DNA of 33,861 bases from positions 1 through 33,861 of IMG/VR virus record IMGVR_UViG_3300025267_000058. One strand, given 5' to 3'. A program made the translations under genes and the position numbers. The notes under the pieces are model-generated. The model worked only from the letters and a program-made list of their open reading frames with translations, did no database searches and was not told where the DNA came from. Source of the DNA: a virus (Duplodnaviria > Caudoviricetes). Shown here piece by piece: positions 25,030 to 32,360 of the stretch (its first letter is position 1; each line of letters opens with the position of its first letter).

Positions 25030-25616
25030 GTGTCAACCAGCTATTATGGCCAACCGAAATATATTCTTTTAAGAATGAAATTATAGATAACGATAAAATA
25101 AAAGAAATAATTCTGGAAAAAGAGAAAAGTGAATCAAGTAAAAATGTTTCTAATGTAGGTGGATGGCAGAGTGAAGATGCTATATTGGAAGAAGATGGTT
25201 TTTCTGGAATTAAAGATTTTTTGTTTGAGTGTATTTTATCTATAAAAAATGAAATTTATATAGATGATGTAAAATTCTTGTTAAATGGAGATTGGGCAAA
25301 TGTAAATAGATATGGGCATTATAATTTAAACCATGTTCATGGTAATTCCCATTGGTCTTGTTCTTATTATGTAACAGAAACTTATAAAGCTCCATTATAT
25401 TTTAGTGATCCAAGGGTAAGAAAAGATACGGATTCTTCTTACTTGTATCTAAAGGATAAATACTTTGGCATAATGGGTGCCCATAGATTGGGTCCGGCAA
25501 AAAGTATGCCGGGAGAGGTTATATTTTTTCCATCTTGGTTAGAACACGGAGTTAATAAAAATTCTACAGATAATCCAAGAATAAGTATATCATGTAATTT
25601 TTTAATAGGAAAATAA
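25026..25616 (+). CDS. 2OG-Fe(II) oxygenase, TIGR02466-like
   Basis: SNVGGWQS, WANVN, HVH, FPSWLEHGV, RISISCN. Confidence 0.85.
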   Translation: MSVNQLLWPTEIYSFKNEIIDNDKIKEIILEKEKSESSKNVSNVGGWQSEDAILEEDGFSGIKDFLFECILSIKNEIYIDDVKFLLNGDWANVNRYGHYNLNHVHGNSHWSCSYYVTETYKAPLYFSDPRVRKDTDSSYLYLKDKYFGIMGAHRLGPAKSMPGEVIFFPSWLEHGVNKNSTDNPRISISCNFLIGK

Positions 25617-25653
25617 AAATGACAATAGGTCATTTAATTAAGGAGAAAAAATA

Positions 25654-26058
25654 ATGTTAGGAATAGTAGAATCAGTAGTAGGAGTAGCAGGTAAAGTTCT
25701 TGATAAGTTTGTTGAAGATAAAGATCTCAAGACAAAACTTAATGCGGAACTTAAATCACAGATCATATCACTGGATCTGGCACAAGCACAGACAAATCTG
25801 GAACAAGCTAAACATTCCAGTATCTTTGTGGCTGGAGCTAGACCTGCCATCATGTGGATATGTGCCTTTGGTCTGGGTTGGCAGTTTGTCTTTCAGCCTA
25901 TAGCCGTATGGGGTATTGCTGTTAGTGGTGCAGATCTTGTTTTACCTGTCATACAAACAGAAGGTCTTATGTCTTTAACCCTAGCCTTACTAGGTCTTGG
26001 TGGTATGAGAACTGCTGAGAAATGGAAAGGCGTACAAAGAAATAATATGAAGCAATGA
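25654..26058 (+). CDS. holin (GTA 3TM holin / DUF3154-like)
   Basis: LDKFVEDKD, SIFVAGARPAIMWIC, LLGLGGMRTAEKWKG. Confidence 0.85.
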   Translation: MLGIVESVVGVAGKVLDKFVEDKDLKTKLNAELKSQIISLDLAQAQTNLEQAKHSSIFVAGARPAIMWICAFGLGWQFVFQPIAVWGIAVSGADLVLPVIQTEGLMSLTLALLGLGGMRTAEKWKGVQRNNMKQ

Positions 26059-26165
26059 TTAAGTGGCTTTATAAATTGCAGTGGAGGTTCTGTATCTGGC
26101 TAAATAAAAAGCTGTCAGGTACAGGTAATCCTAAATATCTGTCAGGTAAAAATGGCAAAAAATAA
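26055..26165 (+). CDS. small basic protein (36 aa, MIKWLYKLQWRF...)
   Basis: ATGA overlap with the holin stop, fills the gap. Confidence 0.5.
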   Translation: MIKWLYKLQWRFCIWLNKKLSGTGNPKYLSGKNGKK

Positions 26166-26373
26166 TGGATGGGCTGAAGTAAGAGCTAGTCAATTTGGTT
26201 GGCAAGTTATTATAAATCATTTCGAGGGCCAACCAGAAATATGGGATAGTTTTTCTACAGAACATAGAGCTATAGAAGAAACTTTACTTTGGAATAGTGG
26301 ATTATGGGGAGAAGGTTTTACCCTTTCTGCTGAAGGATTGAGGTTACAAACTAAAGATGATAAAGCTGACTGA
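26152..26373 (+). CDS. hypothetical protein
   Basis: ORF in the coupled chain. Confidence 0.65.
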   Translation: MAKNNGWAEVRASQFGWQVIINHFEGQPEIWDSFSTEHRAIEETLLWNSGLWGEGFTLSAEGLRLQTKDDKAD

Positions 26374-26686
26374 CAATGCTGACATACATCTATCCTCTGT
26401 TGTTGCAGAGAATAAGGTAGCTGCTATTCGACTAGCAGTTAACAGCGGAGGATGCTCTGGCTTTACCTATGATTGGCAGCTTGTCAGTGAGGAAGAGTTC
26501 GATGATATTATCGATGACTTCATTATAGATCTGGATACAGGTAAGCTTGTCATTGATAATATCTCCAGTGTTTATGTAGCAGGAATGACGGTGGACTATA
26601 AGAAGGATATCTTTGGTCAGCGTCTTATGATTGATAACCCTAATGTAGAATCCATGTGCGGATGCGGAGAGAGTTTTCAGGTATGA
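26357..26686 (+). CDS. iscA: A-type Fe-S cluster carrier (IscA/HesB family)
   Basis: GGCSGFTY, G.TVDY, NPN..SMCGCGESF; all three Cys present. Confidence 0.92.
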   Translation: MIKLTDNADIHLSSVVAENKVAAIRLAVNSGGCSGFTYDWQLVSEEEFDDIIDDFIIDLDTGKLVIDNISSVYVAGMTVDYKKDIFGQRLMIDNPNVESMCGCGESFQV

Positions 26687-26937
26687 CTAAATTAAATAAA
26701 CAAACACCAACCCATACTCTTGATTGGTATATTAAATGGATAGCTTCAATCATACTAGTCGTAGGAGTTATCCTGACCAGTAATAATATCTATCCCCTTA
26801 ACCTGATGGTTCATGCCATTGGAATGTTTGGATGGTTTATTGTGGCTATCATCTGGAATGACAGAGCTTTGCTAGTTATCAATGCTGTCTCTCTTGTCTT
26901 ATTAATTAATGGATTGGTATCTTACTATGTTAAATGA
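26683..26937 (+). CDS. small membrane protein (DUF6552-like)
   Basis: DWYIKWIAS, YPLNL, GWFIVAIIWNDRALLVIN; three hydrophobic segments; ATGA overlap. Confidence 0.65.
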   Translation: MTKLNKQTPTHTLDWYIKWIASIILVVGVILTSNNIYPLNLMVHAIGMFGWFIVAIIWNDRALLVINAVSLVLLINGLVSYYVK

Positions 26938-27439
26938 CAAACAGGAAAAGTTTGCTCAAGCTTATGTCCTTCACAGGAATGCTACTGAAGCTGCCAGAAC
27001 AGCAGGATATGCAAAAGCATCTGCCGCTACTCAGGGGTACAGGCTTCTCCAGTTAGATGAGATTCAGGAAAGAATAAATAATCTTGAACAGGAACTGGAA
27101 ACAAATGTTGATGTGATAAGTGAGATAGAAAAACAATACGAGTATGCTAAAAACAATGGACATACTAATAGTGCAATCAAAGCACTTGAATTACTCTCCA
27201 GAGTAAGGGGAGCTACCTCAGATCTTAATGCAACTATGGATGAAGAAACTTTAGAGGGTGCAATCATAGGATGTTTGAATGTTTTAGGTGAAGAAAAGGT
27301 ATATGACCTCATCTCTAAGTGTGACTTTGATATTATAGAGGAGGAGGAGGAAAATGGAGGGACAGAGAGCGTCACTGAGGGGGGTGTAGAGGAGGTTCTG
27401 GACCTACCCCAGCCTGAAGAGGCTACTTCTCCTGTATGA
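26927..27439 (+). CDS. terS: terminase small subunit-like HTH protein
   Basis: LNDKQEKFAQAY...NATEAARTAGY...A...GYRLL, AIKALELL; acidic tail. Confidence 0.75.
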   Translation: MLNDKQEKFAQAYVLHRNATEAARTAGYAKASAATQGYRLLQLDEIQERINNLEQELETNVDVISEIEKQYEYAKNNGHTNSAIKALELLSRVRGATSDLNATMDEETLEGAIIGCLNVLGEEKVYDLISKCDFDIIEEEEENGGTESVTEGGVEEVLDLPQPEEATSPV

Positions 27440-27463
27440 GGCTGTATGGCCCGTATAAAGCAT

Positions 27464-27823
27464 TTAACCTTTTCTGACTACTCCATACCCTCTTAATGCC
27501 TGACCTACCCCTAAGTATCCACCCTTTTTCTTTTTCTTCAGTAGTCCAGCACTTCTTTTTTTAGATGCAGCAGTAGCATCTTTCTTTGTTCCTTTTATAA
27601 TTTCATATTCGCTGGGTTTTATTTTACCTGCAAGGAACATATCCCATACCTGATCGTCAGTATATTTTTTACCCTTATAAATACTGGGAGCATTAAGCCA
27701 GTGTGTCTTCTCTTTGTCTATAGGAATACTAACTCCTAATTCAGAGACATCTTTTCCCTTCTTAGTTTTGTAGACAGTACGTCCTACCCTTGTTCTTTTC
27801 TTTGTAGGTACTAAGTCACTCAT
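27464..27823 (-). CDS. basic hypothetical protein, last gene of the structural arm
   Basis: ORF overlapping the M15 stop; C-terminal KKGG...GVGQALRGYG. Confidence 0.75.
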   Translation of the reverse strand: MSDLVPTKKRTRVGRTVYKTKKGKDVSELGVSIPIDKEKTHWLNAPSIYKGKKYTDDQVWDMFLAGKIKPSEYEIIKGTKKDATAASKKRSAGLLKKKKKGGYLGVGQALRGYGVVRKG

Positions 27824-28197
27824 TTATAGCTCCATATCCACGGTCTGGGATGGACATTAGTATTGTCCATTGTATCTATGTGCAGGAACCTGCTATCATG
27901 TGACCCTCTCTGAGATACTCCTATCCCTGTGAAGCCATGTTGGATAGCCAACTTCATTAATCTATAGGCAGCCTTACCACTGACCAAGACATCTACGGCT
28001 TTACCATACAGATGTGGAGAGTTCTTGGCCCCTCCTATAACCTGATTGTAAGACTCATGTCGGTATCCTGAACTGATAATCATAGGCTGATTAAATTCCT
28101 TACGTAAAGCTTCCAGTTTTTTCATAAAGTCTGTGTCCATCTGACACTCATCTGTACCCTTGCACTTAAGTTCTTCAACACTAAAGTACTCCCACAT
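27820..28197 (-). CDS. peptidase M15 family endolysin
   Basis: YFSVEELKCK, ISSGYR, SPHLYGKAVD, FLHID (H-D-H Zn ligands). Confidence 0.9.
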   Translation of the reverse strand: MWEYFSVEELKCKGTDECQMDTDFMKKLEALRKEFNQPMIISSGYRHESYNQVIGGAKNSPHLYGKAVDVLVSGKAAYRLMKLAIQHGFTGIGVSQRGSHDSRFLHIDTMDNTNVHPRPWIWSYK

Positions 28198-28559
28198 TAT
28201 TCTTCTTCCTTTTCTTTTACTGTTGGGGGATGTGTTCCATTATGCATTCGATAGAACCTATCCAGATCTTTTTCCATAGCTGTTAGTCTCATTTCAATAG
28301 CTCCATCTCTCTCAGATCTTTCCTTCAGAATTTGAGGAGAGAGTATGTCCTTTGCCATGACATCAATAGAGGATAGAGCAACAGCTTGTCTTGCTTCTAC
28401 CTTATCTATTCGGGTAAAGATTTCTGTTACGTTTTGTTTCATACTATCCAGTTGATTTATAATAGATCTGATGGTAGCTTTAAGTACGCCCCATGTAGTT
28501 GCTACACCAGCCAGTACTATACCAAATGTCAGGAGTTCTCTTGGCCCTAGTTCAAGCAT
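28197..28559 (-). CDS. membrane-anchored coiled-coil protein (lysis accessory?)
   Basis: N-terminal TM helix then a coiled coil; coupled to the endolysin. Confidence 0.7.
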   Translation of the reverse strand: MLELGPRELLTFGIVLAGVATTWGVLKATIRSIINQLDSMKQNVTEIFTRIDKVEARQAVALSSIDVMAKDILSPQILKERSERDGAIEMRLTAMEKDLDRFYRMHNGTHPPTVKEKEEE

Positions 28560-28561
28560 GG

Positions 28562-31500
28562 TTAGTCCTCTATTGCAGAACCATCTAATTCACGTTGCAT
28601 TTGAAATATAGGTGCAAAATTAAACTGTCCTCTTGTTTGTTGTTGTACCTTTCCAATAACATTATTAGGTATATAAGAAGGTCTAAATCTATTTCCTAAA
28701 GCATTTTGTATTTGCCCCATTTTTTTATTTGTAAATCCTCTATCAAAATCAGTTTTAGTAAAGCCCTTTCTATAATCTTCAGGAGTAAATCCAAGTTGAT
28801 TATAGTACTCAAGCATTCCTTTAAGATATACATAACCATCACGCCTATCCCTCTGAGAATTAATATAATCTATATACATATTATTAAATTCTTCTGGTGT
28901 AATATTAGGTCTTGATATTTGTTGTATAAAATTATCATCAGCATCTTCAATGTCTCTTAAAGGTTCACCTAAATTTTGTCTTACACTCCCTGATATATCT
29001 TGTATGCTTGGATTTAATCCAACTAAACTTCCCACATCTTTTATTGTAGTGTCCAGAAATTGATCACCAGTTTTTAATTTCCCTATTGCAGTAGGTAGAG
29101 GCGTATAAAAATTACTATAGGCTTCTCCTTTATCATTCATCTGATTCTCAAAGTTAGCTCTTTTCTGTACCCATGAAATAAATCCCGGTTCAAATGTTTG
29201 AGCAAGCATCGAGGCTCCTCTTGTCACACTATTATCTAAATCGTAAGTTCTAGCCATGCTTCTCATTGCAGAACCTATAGCTGTATTTTCATTATAAGCT
29301 GCCCAATCATCACCATTAGCTATTCTTAAAAGAGTATCTGTCAACATAGATGTGCCAAGTACAGGACCAAGAGAAGAATCAAGAGCGGCCAGTGCTGTTC
29401 TAGACCATACTTGAGGATTTAAATCTTCAGATAATAATGCTTGATGTGCTGCTCTAGCTGCAATTTTAATAGAATTAAATGGATCTATTCCACCCAACAT
29501 CATTCTTTCTACTTGTTTTCTTCCTCTAGAGTTTGTTGTGATGGGACTCAAGTATATTCTATTGACATTCGTATAATATTTTTTATCAATATGACTGAGT
29601 GCTTCTCTCTCTTCAGGATCAATACCAAAAACAGCAGCACTTTCTTCTTCAATGATTGTGGGAAGTAAAGCAGCACTTGTCATTCCTCCTAATCTTTTAG
29701 CAGCTTGTTTCTGTAATTCTTTATTACCACTCAAGACATCATCAAAGGTATACTTAACTAAATTCTTTGATACTCTGGCAATCTCTGCTGCAAATCCAGC
29801 AAAGTCTCCAATAGGCATATATCTAAGTTTCTTTACAGCCTTGGGTAATAAATTATAATTAGGCATCAGATCTCTGGTTCTTTGAGCAGCTAATTGTTCG
29901 ATCTGACCATCTACCATAGCATTTAATTGAGACTCAGATAAGGTAGGATCTGATTTTTTTAATTCTTTTAGTAGTTCAGGTTTTCTAGCTTTAGTTAAAT
30001 AATTCTTTGTCTTTTCAAAATGCATAGCCTTGAATAAAAAGTCTTCTCCTTCATATAATCTGGCTACTGCATTATCAGATACTTTTTGCAAGACAGTATT
30101 AGGATTTCTTCCCAAGTTTTTTCTGATAATATTAAGAGTAACACTACTATCAGCAAGACCATACCCAATCATCTTTCCTAAATACTCTCCTAATTCTTCA
30201 TTACTTTTCTTTCCTATTCTAGCCCATGTAGCATCCCATGCTTTCTTTGTACCCTTACCACCAATAGGCATCATACCATTGGCTACCATTAAAGCCATGT
30301 TACCCATTGTATTTCTTCCATGAGTGGCAGGATTATATATAGTTTTTCCTGCTTGTGTTATACCTTTAGATGTAGCCCAAAGTTTAGACCACCATTTCTT
30401 CATTTCAGGCTCATCTAATAAGGTTCTTATAATATCTTCATATTCTTTAGAAACATACAGTCCTTTAATATCAGGATTATCCAGATACTTTTGGGCAGCA
30501 TCTCTATGAAAAACTGCTCTTGCCCTTTCCTTAGCAATATCTTCAAAGGTCGGCTTTACTCCTGTATCATCTATTGCTTGAGCAGGTGTTTTTGTTAGCA
30601 CTCCTCTTCCTGCTTTTGCTTCGGCTGTAAGATGTTCAGTTAACCCTCTCATGAAATCATCTTCAGCTTTCATCTCAGAAAGTTTACCATATGTTTTCAT
30701 ATAATTATTAAAGGGATCTTTGTATTCTCCCCATAATGCTTTAATTTCATTAGGGACAGGCATTCTTTTTTTACCAGCTTTAGCTGTTCCTGATAAATTT
30801 TTAGTTACAACTGTATCAAAGAAAGCTACACTCTGAGCTTTATCCGAAACCAATTCAAGAAGTTTCTGTTGTAGTTCTTGTTCATTTAGTTTTGGATTTT
30901 GTTTTCGTAAAAATTCATAAGCAGCATGGGTAAGATTATCAGCATCAGAAAGATTTTCTTTTGCTAAAGCTTTAGCTCTACCAGAATTTAAATAAGAATT
31001 AACACTTTTTAGTATTTGCCCTTTATATTTAGGATCATCAAAAAAACGATAGGATCTTGTTATATAAGTTCCTAACTTCTTATCTACTTTTATTTTCATC
31101 TTACCTTTAAATACTGTTTCATTTAATTTACCAGAAAGCTCATCTAAATTATTTCTCATCTTTGTAATAATATCTTTAGATTCTGGTGACAACATATTTA
31201 ATTGTTTCTTTCCCCCACTTAAAGCTGTATTAACTATGCTCTCTAGAAAAACTTCTTTATCTTCTGGGGTCTTACCTTTTAAATCATTTGCATTAAGAGA
31301 TTTTTTTAAATCACTAGCAAGACCATCAGCCTCTGCCATAGCTTTCTGTGCTGCAAAGTTTCTTTCTACAACTAACTCAAGAGTTTTATCGTCTGTCCCT
31401 TGTCTGCTTCCAAAGCGTTTATCAATCCACTTTCTTCCCAATTGAGTTATCTTTTGACCAGACGTAGTATTTTTTAATAAATGCTTACCACCTAAAAATG

Positions 31501-32329
31501 CACCAACAGCTACTCCTTCTATTCCTAAATTAATTAAAAAATTAGTAAGATAAAGCTCACTGTCTACATCTTCTGGATTGTTCTGTAATTTTTCTAAAGC
31601 TTTAACAGCATCTTCATCATTCATAATTTCATCATAAGCATCATTATAAACAAAACTTTTTCTTTTATCTGTTCCTTCTATAAATGTTTGTGAAGCAGCA
31701 GCATTAAGACCAACGGCGGCTCCCTTTCGCAATTTAGTAGAAGTAGCTTTATTTAAAAAGTCTGCTGCTGTATCCCCAATTTTACCAGCTTTAGTTAAAG
31801 TTCCTGCTTTACTAATAATAGAGAAGGGAACAAAGAAAGATGCTATTTGTCCTCCCACATCTTCTACCATACCTAAAGTACCATCTCCATGATAGGGATC
31901 AAGGATAGCTAACAAGTCTTTCTTAAATTGTTTAGGAAGTACAGCATCTGTGACTTCAGATACTTTATTATCTATTTCTGTTTCTATTTCATCAGGGGTA
32001 ACGTATCTATAAAGATCTTCAGCCCCTCTGGCAAGTTCGCCTACAACTCTACCAGCAAATCTAGCAGGAGGATTAATTAAAGACTCAGCTATATTAGCTG
32101 GAACACTCTCTCCTAAATCAATCCCCGGCCTAAAGTCAGTTTCCCCTGCCTGTCTAGCATCATCAAATTCTTTATAAGCAGTGTAAAACTCTTTAGGATC
32201 TAATCCCTTTTCCTTAATAAACGTATTCATAAGATCTGATCTTTGACCAATCTCAGGATTTTTATTAATTATATCCTCTAATTCAGAAGCCGTTTCCTGA
32301 AAGAGTTTAGTTTGTATATCTACTGCCAT
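28562..32329 (-). CDS. large virion protein, probably internal/ejection protein (1255 aa)
   Basis: Long helical Ala/Gly/Lys-rich ORF at the end of the structural arm; function inferred from position and size. Confidence 0.65.
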   Translation of the reverse strand: MAVDIQTKLFQETASELEDIINKNPEIGQRSDLMNTFIKEKGLDPKEFYTAYKEFDDARQAGETDFRPGIDLGESVPANIAESLINPPARFAGRVVGELARGAEDLYRYVTPDEIETEIDNKVSEVTDAVLPKQFKKDLLAILDPYHGDGTLGMVEDVGGQIASFFVPFSIISKAGTLTKAGKIGDTAADFLNKATSTKLRKGAAVGLNAAASQTFIEGTDKRKSFVYNDAYDEIMNDEDAVKALEKLQNNPEDVDSELYLTNFLINLGIEGVAVGAFLGGKHLLKNTTSGQKITQLGRKWIDKRFGSRQGTDDKTLELVVERNFAAQKAMAEADGLASDLKKSLNANDLKGKTPEDKEVFLESIVNTALSGGKKQLNMLSPESKDIITKMRNNLDELSGKLNETVFKGKMKIKVDKKLGTYITRSYRFFDDPKYKGQILKSVNSYLNSGRAKALAKENLSDADNLTHAAYEFLRKQNPKLNEQELQQKLLELVSDKAQSVAFFDTVVTKNLSGTAKAGKKRMPVPNEIKALWGEYKDPFNNYMKTYGKLSEMKAEDDFMRGLTEHLTAEAKAGRGVLTKTPAQAIDDTGVKPTFEDIAKERARAVFHRDAAQKYLDNPDIKGLYVSKEYEDIIRTLLDEPEMKKWWSKLWATSKGITQAGKTIYNPATHGRNTMGNMALMVANGMMPIGGKGTKKAWDATWARIGKKSNEELGEYLGKMIGYGLADSSVTLNIIRKNLGRNPNTVLQKVSDNAVARLYEGEDFLFKAMHFEKTKNYLTKARKPELLKELKKSDPTLSESQLNAMVDGQIEQLAAQRTRDLMPNYNLLPKAVKKLRYMPIGDFAGFAAEIARVSKNLVKYTFDDVLSGNKELQKQAAKRLGGMTSAALLPTIIEEESAAVFGIDPEEREALSHIDKKYYTNVNRIYLSPITTNSRGRKQVERMMLGGIDPFNSIKIAARAAHQALLSEDLNPQVWSRTALAALDSSLGPVLGTSMLTDTLLRIANGDDWAAYNENTAIGSAMRSMARTYDLDNSVTRGASMLAQTFEPGFISWVQKRANFENQMNDKGEAYSNFYTPLPTAIGKLKTGDQFLDTTIKDVGSLVGLNPSIQDISGSVRQNLGEPLRDIEDADDNFIQQISRPNITPEEFNNMYIDYINSQRDRRDGYVYLKGMLEYYNQLGFTPEDYRKGFTKTDFDRGFTNKKMGQIQNALGNRFRPSYIPNNVIGKVQQQTRGQFNFAPIFQMQRELDGSAIED

Positions 32330-32360
32330 GTTAGTACTTTCTAAAAATAAAGATTAAAAT

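Noticed and set aside
25026-25616. 2OG oxygenase as a TET/JBP DNA hydroxylase
   Set aside because: The motifs fit the TIGR02466-like family (HxH rather than HxD), no C5 DNA methyltransferase is in the window, and the gene looks AT-rich and may be an independent insertion
3578-25903. Many 60-170 aa ORFs antisense to, or out of frame within, plus-strand genes (e.g. 15895-16248, 17283-17762, 18351-18851, 22503-22931, 19039-19329)
   Set aside because: They overlap well-supported genes, have no recognisable motifs, and read as shadow ORFs
28706-31445. Plus-strand ORFs inside the 1255-aa gene
   Set aside because: Antisense shadows of a long continuous CDS
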